This document shows positions 1-9,437 of a DNA stretch of 64,000 bases, piece after piece (positions within the stretch are counted from its first letter, which is position 1; the number at the start of each line of letters is the position of its first letter). The translations under genes and the position numbers were made by a program. Where the stretch lies: the IMG/VR virus record IMGVR_UViG_3300016744_000001; one strand, written 5' to 3'. The stretch comes from a virus (taxonomy: Duplodnaviria; Caudoviricetes). Below the pieces are notes generated by a model. It was given only the letters and a program-made list of their open reading frames with translations. It ran no database searches and was not told the origin of the DNA.

Positions 1-1317
1 GGAGCAGGTACGTATGCTGGTGGGAATAATGGTGCTGGTGGTCCTGCAGTCACAAGTGGTGGGGCCACTGGTAGTGTGGATATGACTGGGGTGAATCCGG
101 CGAATATTACAGGGAAAGATGGTGAACTTGGTAGCTATGTTGCTAAGTTTGAATCTGGTAGTAAAGGTAGCGCCGCAATTTCATACGACCCACCTGGTGG
201 CACCTCGTATGGTTCTTATCAGTTGTCATCACGAATGGGTTCATTGAGAGAGTTCGTTGAGTGGTGTAAAACTGAAGCTCCAGATGTTTACAAAGCTTTG
301 ATGCCTCTGGTTGGTAAGGCGAACACCGGTAGCTCTAAAGGTGAGTTCCCGAACGCTTGGCTCCAACTGGTTAAAGATGGCAAGATTACTCATGACTTGG
401 AACACAAGTTTTACGTGTCCAAGTTCTACAATAAAGCCATGGGGATATTGCAGAAGCAGTCTCCTGAAGTGGCTCAGTTTGTTCAAGGAAATCGTGCACT
501 TCAAGAAGCTTTCTGGTCTTGTGCTATCCAGCATGGACCTGGTGGAGCAGTTCGGTTGTTCACGAACTATTGGAAGAAAGACATCACCCCAGAAGCGTTT
601 GCTCGTGCTTTGTACGGTGAACGCTTTACAGAAAAGTACTTTCCAAGGTTGGCATCATCCGATCCTGGGATGCTCAGAAGCATCGCTAAGACTCGTGGCC
701 CACAAGAACTTGGAGTTATTCTTGGGTTGATGAAACAAGGTGGTGGCCCAGCCGATCCTAACAGTGGTGGAGCAGCTCCGGCTGGTGCTACTCCAGATGC
801 TGGTGGAGGTGGCGAAGCTGCCGGTGGTGGTGAAGGTGGAGGCAGTGCTCAGACTGTTACTCCTTCAGACGGTGGGACACCAGCCGGTGCTGATGCCGGT
901 GGTGGGAGCACTGTGTCAGTTGCTGGCGCTGGTTCTCCTGCTGCAGTTGAAGCTGCTCCAGCTGGAGGTAGTGGGGGTGGAGAAGGTGGTGCAGCCGCTG
1001 CTCCTTCGCTCGCAACTTCCCATGGTGGAGCTGATGGTGGGGCACCTGCTGGTGCAGTTCCAGTCAGTACAACAACAGCTACTCCAGCGAATGGTCAATC
1101 AGGTAATACTGACTTGCTTGGGGTTCTGACAAAGATCCTTGAAGTAATCACGGCGTTGGCTAATTCTGGACAATCAATTCCGGATTTGTTGCAGCAACTG
1201 ATTGGTGTAAGTCAACAGTCAGTAGCAACAATGGCAGCTGCCGGTCAGGGTAATCAAAGCCCAACACCGTTCAGTGCAAACCTGGTTGGTACAAAAGTAA
1301 GACGGCAAACCGCTTAA
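1..1317 (+). CDS. C-terminal part of a large tail protein with a VgrG3-C-like lysozyme domain (phiKZ gp181 position); 5' truncated
   Basis: Frame open from base 1; motif YVAKFESG...DPPGGTSYGSYQLSS...WSCAIQHGPGGA resembles VgrG3-type muramidases; Gly/Ala-rich linkers; lies upstream of a structural gene and the vRNAP beta gene. Confidence 0.7.
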   Translation, partial: GAGTYAGGNNGAGGPAVTSGGATGSVDMTGVNPANITGKDGELGSYVAKFESGSKGSAAISYDPPGGTSYGSYQLSSRMGSLREFVEWCKTEAPDVYKALMPLVGKANTGSSKGEFPNAWLQLVKDGKITHDLEHKFYVSKFYNKAMGILQKQSPEVAQFVQGNRALQEAFWSCAIQHGPGGAVRLFTNYWKKDITPEAFARALYGERFTEKYFPRLASSDPGMLRSIAKTRGPQELGVILGLMKQGGGPADPNSGGAAPAGATPDAGGGGEAAGGGEGGGSAQTVTPSDGGTPAGADAGGGSTVSVAGAGSPAAVEAAPAGGSGGGEGGAAAAPSLATSHGGADGGAPAGAVPVSTTTATPANGQSGNTDLLGVLTKILEVITALANSGQSIPDLLQQLIGVSQQSVATMAAAGQGNQSPTPFSANLVGTKVRRQTA

Positions 1318-1320
1318 TTC

Positions 1321-1356
1321 TGATCAGTGAGAGTGGATATCCACTCTCACTGATCA
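1321..1356. terminator. 36-bp perfect palindrome
   Basis: TGATCAGTGAGAGTGGAT|ATCCACTCTCACTGATCA directly after the stop codon. Confidence 0.7.
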
Positions 1357-1394
1357 TCCTGTGCTTTTCTACTGCTAGATTGATGGAGATCACA

Positions 1395-3389
1395 ATGGCG
1401 ACATCACAAGAACAGATGGCTACAAATACAAATCGGTTTACAGCGAACGCTGAAGGGATTTATCAGAGTAATCCCTTTTCCGACCGAACAATTGGTGCAT
1501 ATTTGCACCCGTATGCGTTTACGCTCAGATCTTCATTTAGCACCTACGCACAATCTTTGCAAGAACTGTTTAGGTTTGATAAAGATGGTGCGGATGCCAC
1601 TGCAACAAACATGAGATCTGGTCAGATCTCAGCGGATGCTTTGTACTCTTCAGCTACTGCCGACAATGCTACTTTTACCAAATTTTCGGTTGCGGACACT
1701 TCACTTGGTGGGAATGAAGCAATCAACTGTCGGTGGGGATTTGGTAGAGATGATGACATCATCCACCCGATGAACGCTCTGATGGGACAACCAGAACTTG
1801 GTGGGATTGGTCGAGTCTATATGGACATGTACCAGACTACCCAACAATTGCTGCACATCACGGTCGGTGTTCCTGAATTCCAAAAGCTGTGGGAGTTCTA
1901 TTCAACAGCAGTTGATGCTGATCTCTGCAGTGACGTTAACAGTGGTAACGCACTGAAAATTGGTCGTTTGTTTGGATCAGCAATCGGTGGTGCGGCTAAG
2001 TTGGCATTCACCGCGTTCACTTGGCCATATCACTTTACGGTGTGGTTGGCAGATTTCTTGAGCCCCAATGATCGTGTTACCCGGTACTACGATCTTGATC
2101 CAGCGATGCCTCTGTATTATCGCTACGTGAACTCCATCCTTGTACACTTGTGCTGTAACCTTGGGTGGTATCCAAATGCTTGGGACATCCCTGATGCATT
2201 TAACCCAAAAGCAGGTACTGGTGGTACAACTTCAGGTAGTCAGGCGAACACGTCATACATGGAGTTACTGAAGTCCTCTGGTGCCAACAACAATGGTGAA
2301 CCAAACGAAGCTGCATTGCCTGGATTTTTACAAGGGTGCGGGCCAAACATCTACAAGATCATCTCAAAACGAGATTATCGTCTTGGTTTGAACTTGACGA
2401 TGCAGAACAAAGACACTGACGACTTCTTGTCGAGAGCAGCAAGAAAAGCCGCACCTGATGGATTCTGGGATATTTTCACTCAGCGTGCTCGAGCTTCTGC
2501 TACTGGTGCTGACAAGTACATTTCTTTCCGGATTAACAAATCCACGGATAGTAGCGAAGCGATCTCAAACTCCACAGGTCAATCAACGGTTGCTCAGTTT
2601 TTCAATAGTCAAGCAGCCGCTGGCCGAGATCGAACATTCAGTAGTGGTGGTTCAATTCTGAACAACGTGCCGGTCATTGGTAGCATCTTGAAAGGTGCGT
2701 CTGACGTTGTGATGGGTGTTGCTACAAAAGCTGGCTTTGCTGGTCTTGCTGCTGCCGTGATGACTGGTAGTGGTTTTTTGGATATTCCAGACATCTGGTT
2801 GAGTAGCAGTTTCTCAAAGAACTACAACTTCTCATTCCAGTTGCGAGCGCCGGCCGCTGACAACTTGTCAATTACACAGTCTTTGTACGTGCCATTAGCA
2901 ATGCTCTTGCCGTTGGCATGTCCAAGATCTGTTGGTCTGAATGCATACACGTCACCATTTCTGGTGAAAGCGTACTGTAAGGGTATGTTTGCAATTCCAC
3001 TTGGGATTGTTGAAAACTTGTCAATCCAACGTGGTTCAAGTGAATTTGGTTGGAACTTGAGTCGACTCCCAACAGTCCTCAATATTTCCATGACCATCAA
3101 GGATCTTGCACCAATCATGCATCTTGCAATCGCTGATGGACCATCAGGTGTTCAGATCTTTGGTAACAATACTTCGTTCCAAGAGTACCTGTTGACCCTT
3201 TCAGCAATGGGTCCGAATGAACGCTTGCTCACTTTGAACAATGTGTTCCGTCGGTTGTACATCATCAACGCCTTGGTGAAGACCACATGGGGCAACCCAG
3301 CATTGTACTTTGGTACGTCGTTGGGTGGTTCAGCAGTTGGTCGGATTTACGGGACTATGGCACCTACATCTCTGTTGCCTAACAACTAG
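1395..3389 (+). CDS. Virion structural tail/baseplate protein (phiKZ gp182-like)
   Basis: GGAG RBS before ATG 1395; YTSPFLVKAYCKG and LSIQRGS...GW motifs typical of this jumbo-phage family; synteny. Confidence 0.65.
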   Translation: MATSQEQMATNTNRFTANAEGIYQSNPFSDRTIGAYLHPYAFTLRSSFSTYAQSLQELFRFDKDGADATATNMRSGQISADALYSSATADNATFTKFSVADTSLGGNEAINCRWGFGRDDDIIHPMNALMGQPELGGIGRVYMDMYQTTQQLLHITVGVPEFQKLWEFYSTAVDADLCSDVNSGNALKIGRLFGSAIGGAAKLAFTAFTWPYHFTVWLADFLSPNDRVTRYYDLDPAMPLYYRYVNSILVHLCCNLGWYPNAWDIPDAFNPKAGTGGTTSGSQANTSYMELLKSSGANNNGEPNEAALPGFLQGCGPNIYKIISKRDYRLGLNLTMQNKDTDDFLSRAARKAAPDGFWDIFTQRARASATGADKYISFRINKSTDSSEAISNSTGQSTVAQFFNSQAAAGRDRTFSSGGSILNNVPVIGSILKGASDVVMGVATKAGFAGLAAAVMTGSGFLDIPDIWLSSSFSKNYNFSFQLRAPAADNLSITQSLYVPLAMLLPLACPRSVGLNAYTSPFLVKAYCKGMFAIPLGIVENLSIQRGSSEFGWNLSRLPTVLNISMTIKDLAPIMHLAIADGPSGVQIFGNNTSFQEYLLTLSAMGPNERLLTLNNVFRRLYIINALVKTTWGNPALYFGTSLGGSAVGRIYGTMAPTSLLPNN

Positions 3390-3398
3390 GCAAGATTA

Positions 3399-3431
3399 TC
3401 TCATGACGTGGGAGTGGCCCACGTCATGAGA
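3399..3431. terminator. 14-bp stem hairpin
   Basis: TCTCATGACGTGGG-AGTGG-CCCACGTCATGAGA. Confidence 0.65.
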
Positions 3432-3445
3432 CTACCGGAGCTGAT

Positions 3446-6400
3446 ATGAATGATTTCAAAGGTATCGCGGTTAATGCGACGGATGATCAACTTCTTCAAG
3501 CTGGTCAGGAACGACTTGCTTACAATATCTTTTTTCGGACCATGCACTGCTGGAAGATTGGTGATGTTTCAGCGACCAAGTTTAAAGAAGCCCCACCGAA
3601 AATCCAGCTACCGCTAAACTCTGTTGTCCACATTCTGGATAACTTTGGTCGGATTGAGAAAGGTGAACCAATTCACGACACCCCCTTTCTTGATCTACCC
3701 TTCATTCGGAATGAAAACTTCCGAAAATACATGTACCATGTTCAGGAACCAGTCACCGATGGGATTCTGAAAACACCCACTGATTACATTTACCGGACGA
3801 TGCAGCTGCAGAGAAATCTGGAGAAGTTCAAGTCTCAGAATTCTGGTAAATACCTGATCATCCGTAACATGGCCCAGATCGGGGAACGTGGTCCGTTCCT
3901 TGGGATCATCAACCACAACCCCGTGTTTCGCTTGTTTTGCCGTGGCATCATGCCTTATTGGAGAGCAGTTAATCACTGTTTGACCAGTGTGTTCAACGTT
4001 GCTTTGCAGATGCCAGAGAAGCTGCACTACTTCTTTATTCCGCTTGCTCCGAAGATTTTTGTGAAGAGCAAGTTCCAGCAAACATCTTTTCGCATTACCA
4101 CTGGGAGTTTGATTGAAAAGACCAGCTACCAGTACATGCTCTTCGTTCATTTGTACAACTTTGTTAACGCAGTTTGTACAGTACCATCACTGTTTGACCA
4201 GATCCCAAAAGACATGTTGTCCAAACTGAACCTTGTTTTCTACATGGGAGATGAGTTTCTGTTTTGGTCATTGCAGGATCTGATCACGTTGAACGAACGG
4301 AATCAGATTTACACGAAACTGTTCAATCATTTTAATGGTTTCGTACTGCACGGAATTGCCAAAGAGCAAGCGAAAGCTATCAGTGTGGTTGACTTCAATG
4401 ACCCAACTGATAGTCGTGAGCAAACGGCAATTAACGATGACCAGATTGAGAAGAGTATTGCCGATAACTTCTGCAAGATCACTGCATCGAATCGAAGTGA
4501 AGTTCTCGGTTCATCAACCGGGCAGTCCGCTGAAACCACTGACGCACTACTGACAAAGGCTGACGAACGCGATCTGGAACGATTGCTGGTCAGCATCAAT
4601 GGTGTCAACTTCAACATGTCAACCAAGGACATGACGTCATTGGACATCTCTGATGTCAATGAACTGGTTGAGAAAGAATCCAATGACCCAATCGACTCGG
4701 TCACAACTTCTGAGGACAATCCTGAAGAAGATGGTCAGGATGATTCGCCTCAAGTGTATCCTGACGAAGAAGCGGTCAAAGAGTTTTTTAGTCCAGTTTA
4801 TCAAACAGAAGAAGAGCTGAACTCAGTCCGACTGCCGAATGATGATCACACCCCGGTGGAATCACCTGAGCAGATGGTGAAGATGGGTGAAGCTTACATG
4901 CAGCAGCTTGATCAGAAGGCGATCACCACAATCCAGAAGAATCCAATACTGACAATGGCTCAAAAAGAACGTGCCTTGAAGATGGCACAGAGCTACAAGA
5001 CGGTTGAGTTCAATGGGATTCCACTTGCGAAACTGATCACATCAAAAGTCGATCCACGAATCGGTCCAGTTAGTGATGTCACTAACCTCAAAGATGCGCT
5101 TCCAGATCCTAGCATGATCCATTCTTCAATCACCGATCTTGATCAGGTGTACCTGAAGAAGATGCATCATCGACACATGGCGGCAGTAGCCGCTTCGATG
5201 GCAGCTCACGGCATGTACCTGCAAGCTATTGAAGAACGTGTCACGAATACTGAATTGACTCAAACGAAGGACTATTCGTTTAAGTACAAGACAGTGCATG
5301 GAAAGCAACACTCAATTAACTTTTCCATGCCGATCATTCGGGACGATGGGACATTCCTGGTCAATGGTATTCGTTCGGTGATGTCGAAGCAGTTGTACAA
5401 CAAACCAATTGCGAAGATTTCACCCACTCGTGTGTCGTTGTCATCCAACTACAACAAAACAATCGTTGAGAAGTTGAGTGCATCGTCACACGACTTTGCC
5501 GTTTACTTCAACAACGTGGTGAACTACATCAACTCAGCGAATCCAAAAGCACTCGAGGTTGAGTACGGGATTCGTAAGTTTGATGGTGAAGTAGATTGTG
5601 CCTACGAATACATGCAGATTGCTAAACGCTATTCTGCAATCAAGATCAACCATCAATCTCAGAAAGCAACATCCTTCCTGTACTTTGGTGATCCAGCGGA
5701 CAGGAAAGCGGTCATGTTTGAACCGATGCGCAACTTGACACCAGCTCAATGGAAAGAAATCGAAGCTTACGAAAAAGAGCACAAGGTTATTTTCATTGGG
5801 ATGAAGTCAGGCACGGCGGCATATTGCCCAGCGTACTACTACATTGATCGTGGTAGTCGTCTGATCATGACTGGGGTGTGGGAGAAAGAAACATTCACCG
5901 TTCCGATCTCCATCCTTGATTTGATTCAAGGTGCAACTGGCGTCAGTTATGGCAAACAACTCACTGAATGGGTTGACATCAAGATTCTTGATGGTAAATT
6001 CCCAGTAGGGTTCTTGCTGTGTTATCGGTTTGGTTTGTTGACGATGCTTCGTCGGATGAACGCGAAGTACAAGATCGTCAATACTCGAGCCTTGAAGAAT
6101 GAAAATCTGAAAGCCACTGATGTGGTTCTTCGGTTTGCTGATAATAAAGCTTTGGTCATTCCACGCTATCCTTTAAAGGTGTCTCTCATCTTTCAAGGGT
6201 TGGCAATGTTTGATCTGAAGCTGGGTGCGATTGAGGAATACGAGCACAAGGATATCTACTATCGCTTGCTCATGGACAAAAAGCAAGGCAATGGACGAAC
6301 AAACTACCTGATTGGTATTGATGACACATTTGACATGTTCATTGACACCATGACGTACGACCGTCTTGTCCAGATGAAAGAACCAACGACTTTTGAAGGT

Positions 6401-8086
6401 CTGTTGATCCGTGCAACTGAAATGCTTGTTGTCCCGTACCACAAGGAAGCAGCTGCAATGGCTAACCATTGCTTGCGGACATACGAACGGATGAACGCTA
6501 TTTTGTATAACGAGATGACTGCACAATTCAGAGCATTTCGTAAGCAGAAAGGTTCAACGATGCCGTATTCGATTAACCCGAATGCGGTGTTGCAACGAAT
6601 CATCCAAGACCAGACGGTCATGCAGGTTGAAGATATCAACCCGATTCATGACATCAAGATCAACACAAAACTCACCTACCTTGGTTCAGGTGGTCGTACT
6701 GCAGAGTCATTCACAGTTGCTGACCGCCGGTATCCTTCAGATGGCATGGGTGTGTTGAGTGAGGCCACCGTTGACAATGCTAACGTAGCAATCACCGCAC
6801 AAGCCAGTATGGACCCAGTGATCGGAAACGTGTACGGCATGATCAGCTCCAAGGCTGGCAAACCAGACGAACTTGATCCCACACAGATCTTGTCAGTATC
6901 GTCTCTGTTGATGCCTTGTGCAACGCAGGACGATGGTAAGCGAGCTAACTTCATCTCTGTGCAGATGAGCCACACAATGCCGACGAAAGAAGGTACCTGT
7001 GGTCGAATCCGTACCGGGTTTGAGACCATGATCGCACATCGGTGTAGTGACATCTACGCTTATGCGGCGCAACAAGATGGTTTCGTCCTTGATGTTGATG
7101 AGACCTTGAAATTGGTCAAAGTCAAGTATCAGGATGGTGGCATTCGAGCATTCTCGTATGCTACGCAGTATGGTGAGTGCAGTGACATGTGCACTGAACA
7201 GGTTCAGAAGATCACGGTGAAGAAAGGTGATCGGTTTAAGCAGCATGATATCCTACGGTACAACCCGCAGTTCTTTGAAGCTGACTTTGATCTGAATCGG
7301 CAGGTTAACTACAAACATGGTTACATCTGCAACGTTGCCTTGGTTGAAAACTCAACAACATTTGAAGACAGTAATGCGGTCACTGAGAAGTTGAGTGCTG
7401 CGCTTGAGATTGCTCCTGTAGATGTACGTGTGTTGAATGTACCAGCAACAGCTGTAGTGCATGATGCAAGGTCAATCGGAGACCATGTGGATCTCAAAGA
7501 TCCATTGTTGGTTTTTGAACTTGCCGATACAACTGACTTGACAGGTGTCACCACAAATGAATTCGCGCTAGCTTACTTGGAGAAGCTGAATCGTACAGCA
7601 CCCAAAGCAAAAGTGAAAGGTCAGGTGGTTGACGTCAGAATCCTGTATGCTTGTGAATTGTCAGACATGCATCCAACCATGCTTGCTGTAATCAACAAGT
7701 ATAACAAAACGAAGAAGAGTGTTGCCAAGTATGTGAAGGACACTGACTCAGTATACCAGTTTGCTGGGTCATCACAAGTGCCTGTTGGATCAAAGTACAA
7801 AGGGATCACGATTGATGCAAACACAGTCGTATTCCAGTTCTTGATCCGTGAGCAATTGACTCACCATGCTGGCGACAAGATGGTCATTGACTCTTCACTG
7901 AAGACAGTGTCGTGTACAGTGTTGCCAGTTGCTCCTGTGACGGAAAGTGGAGAAGAAATTGATGCGTTGTTCTCAGCGACTTCGATTTCCAACCGTATCG
8001 TTAACTCACCAATCCTAACTGGGATCACAGAGAAGGTGATGGAGAAACTGGAACAAAATGTGATTGACGTATACTTCGGTAAGTAA
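3446..8086 (+). CDS. Virion RNA polymerase beta subunit, main part (phiKZ gp178-like)
   Basis: RpoB-like motifs DGTFLVNG, LLMPCATQDDGKRANFISVQ, RTGFE, FEDS, GDKMV, SISNRIVNS; 1546 aa. Confidence 0.92.
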   Translation: MNDFKGIAVNATDDQLLQAGQERLAYNIFFRTMHCWKIGDVSATKFKEAPPKIQLPLNSVVHILDNFGRIEKGEPIHDTPFLDLPFIRNENFRKYMYHVQEPVTDGILKTPTDYIYRTMQLQRNLEKFKSQNSGKYLIIRNMAQIGERGPFLGIINHNPVFRLFCRGIMPYWRAVNHCLTSVFNVALQMPEKLHYFFIPLAPKIFVKSKFQQTSFRITTGSLIEKTSYQYMLFVHLYNFVNAVCTVPSLFDQIPKDMLSKLNLVFYMGDEFLFWSLQDLITLNERNQIYTKLFNHFNGFVLHGIAKEQAKAISVVDFNDPTDSREQTAINDDQIEKSIADNFCKITASNRSEVLGSSTGQSAETTDALLTKADERDLERLLVSINGVNFNMSTKDMTSLDISDVNELVEKESNDPIDSVTTSEDNPEEDGQDDSPQVYPDEEAVKEFFSPVYQTEEELNSVRLPNDDHTPVESPEQMVKMGEAYMQQLDQKAITTIQKNPILTMAQKERALKMAQSYKTVEFNGIPLAKLITSKVDPRIGPVSDVTNLKDALPDPSMIHSSITDLDQVYLKKMHHRHMAAVAASMAAHGMYLQAIEERVTNTELTQTKDYSFKYKTVHGKQHSINFSMPIIRDDGTFLVNGIRSVMSKQLYNKPIAKISPTRVSLSSNYNKTIVEKLSASSHDFAVYFNNVVNYINSANPKALEVEYGIRKFDGEVDCAYEYMQIAKRYSAIKINHQSQKATSFLYFGDPADRKAVMFEPMRNLTPAQWKEIEAYEKEHKVIFIGMKSGTAAYCPAYYYIDRGSRLIMTGVWEKETFTVPISILDLIQGATGVSYGKQLTEWVDIKILDGKFPVGFLLCYRFGLLTMLRRMNAKYKIVNTRALKNENLKATDVVLRFADNKALVIPRYPLKVSLIFQGLAMFDLKLGAIEEYEHKDIYYRLLMDKKQGNGRTNYLIGIDDTFDMFIDTMTYDRLVQMKEPTTFEGLLIRATEMLVVPYHKEAAAMANHCLRTYERMNAILYNEMTAQFRAFRKQKGSTMPYSINPNAVLQRIIQDQTVMQVEDINPIHDIKINTKLTYLGSGGRTAESFTVADRRYPSDGMGVLSEATVDNANVAITAQASMDPVIGNVYGMISSKAGKPDELDPTQILSVSSLLMPCATQDDGKRANFISVQMSHTMPTKEGTCGRIRTGFETMIAHRCSDIYAYAAQQDGFVLDVDETLKLVKVKYQDGGIRAFSYATQYGECSDMCTEQVQKITVKKGDRFKQHDILRYNPQFFEADFDLNRQVNYKHGYICNVALVENSTTFEDSNAVTEKLSAALEIAPVDVRVLNVPATAVVHDARSIGDHVDLKDPLLVFELADTTDLTGVTTNEFALAYLEKLNRTAPKAKVKGQVVDVRILYACELSDMHPTMLAVINKYNKTKKSVAKYVKDTDSVYQFAGSSQVPVGSKYKGITIDANTVVFQFLIREQLTHHAGDKMVIDSSLKTVSCTVLPVAPVTESGEEIDALFSATSISNRIVNSPILTGITEKVMEKLEQNVIDVYFGK

Positions 8087-8090
8087 CTTA

Positions 8091-8126
8091 GATAGACCAA
8101 GCTGGATTGCTCCAGCTTGGTCTATC
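8091..8126. terminator. 16-bp stem hairpin
   Basis: GATAGACCAAGCTGGA-TTGC-TCCAGCTTGGTCTATC after the RNAP stop. Confidence 0.7.
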
Positions 8127-8150
8127 GTGTAAATCAATTCAAGTTACAGC

Positions 8151-8158
8151 TATATAAC
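8151..8158 (+). promoter_or_regulatory. Putative early (vRNAP) promoter variant TATATAAC
   Basis: One mismatch to the phiKZ early motif TATATTAC; about 55 nt upstream of ORF 8212. Confidence 0.5.
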
Positions 8159-8211
8159 AACTGTGAAGAAGCAATCCCTGCTCTTCTAAACAAACTCCGA
8201 AGGAGTCTATC

Positions 8212-8631
8212 ATGACCATGCTTACCGCTGAAAATTTCGACACCGTCATCAAGTCCCTGGAATCCAGCACCGACGTCATCCCCAGCTGGAGCTTCCCCAT
8301 GGTTCTGGTCAACATGAAGCCGGAGCTGATGGAGTACACCTGTCAGCTGTACCTGGGAAACCCTGGTGACAGTGGCTACATCAACACCCCCGTTGACGCC
8401 AAGCTGGTCTACGTGGCATATTGCCAGGGTGTGGCCCTTGTGTTCTTCATGCACAAGGGCCACAACAACATGGTTCAGTTCAGTATGGTGCGCACCGGAG
8501 CGGACCACGTCAATGGTAAGATACGCACCACTGGTGGTGCACTCTTCACCACCAGTCTCCTCAACAATCTTCCTAAGAGCTTCGGCAGCTTTGCCGAGCT
8601 TTGCGACAAGTATGAGGCTCTGTTGAGTTAA
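8212..8631 (+). CDS. Hypothetical protein, probably early
   Basis: AAGGAG RBS; C-ending codon bias; flanked by promoter motif and hairpin. Confidence 0.8.
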   Translation: MTMLTAENFDTVIKSLESSTDVIPSWSFPMVLVNMKPELMEYTCQLYLGNPGDSGYINTPVDAKLVYVAYCQGVALVFFMHKGHNNMVQFSMVRTGADHVNGKIRTTGGALFTTSLLNNLPKSFGSFAELCDKYEALLS

Positions 8632-8638
8632 CCTTAAC

Positions 8639-8672
8639 CTAGTGAGAGGCAGCAGTTGCTGCCTCTCACTAG
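8639..8672. terminator. 16-bp stem hairpin
   Basis: CTAGTGAGAGGCAGCA-GT-TGCTGCCTCTCACTAG. Confidence 0.7.
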
Positions 8673-8826
8673 ACATACTAACGGTAAAGTTTTTTTTGTG
8701 GTAGACCAGACCACCGAAGTGGCCTGGCCTACTGACAGCTTAAACCCACATGGAGGCAATCACATCTCTCAAGGATGTAATCATGACGAGGTGCAGCTCA
8801 TCATTCTGCCATCCTATTAGTGTCGA

Positions 8827-9432
8827 CTAATAACAATCAATTTCTTTCAAGATGACAAAAGATTGTCGAAGTAAATACACCAGATCAATTGAGAGCTGGC
8901 CAATCAAACAACGACAGTGATTGCTAATCGCCGATGGAATTTGTGGGTATTCATTGGTCAGTGCAGTCACGTATTCCTGAATGAGATCACCATGGTTTTG
9001 ATGCCGGTGATAATGTACATCCAAGACATGTTTCACTGATTTATACCCAAGAGAAGCCAATTGGTATTTTTGGCCTCCATCTTTGATTCTAAACGCATTT
9101 CGGTATGCACCGATGTCAATACTAAACTTACGTGTCTTTCGTCCGTCTAGGAGGTAAAGACAGCGATTTTTGATGCTCTCTGAGATTGTCGTGAACATCT
9201 CACAGTACTCTGGTGCACTCCAAGCAGGAACAAGACAGTCAGCAAGAATGTTATTTGAATAACAGTCAAGTTGATCATCCAGTTTCTTAAACTTGAGAGT
9301 CAACCAAGAGCAGAGTCGATTGTACTCCTGACTTTGTGAGTTGAGGGTCAATCCGAGCTGGTCAATTGACAGCTTGTTCGGATTAATGGCATTCAACATC
9401 ACCCCAGCAAGATGACTTTCTCGGTTTGTCAT
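8827..9432 (-). CDS. Hypothetical protein
   Basis: 201-aa ORF closely coupled to 9438..11210. Confidence 0.65.
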   Translation of the reverse strand: MTNRESHLAGVMLNAINPNKLSIDQLGLTLNSQSQEYNRLCSWLTLKFKKLDDQLDCYSNNILADCLVPAWSAPEYCEMFTTISESIKNRCLYLLDGRKTRKFSIDIGAYRNAFRIKDGGQKYQLASLGYKSVKHVLDVHYHRHQNHGDLIQEYVTALTNEYPQIPSAISNHCRCLIGQLSIDLVYLLRQSFVILKEIDCY

Positions 9433-9437
9433 GACGA

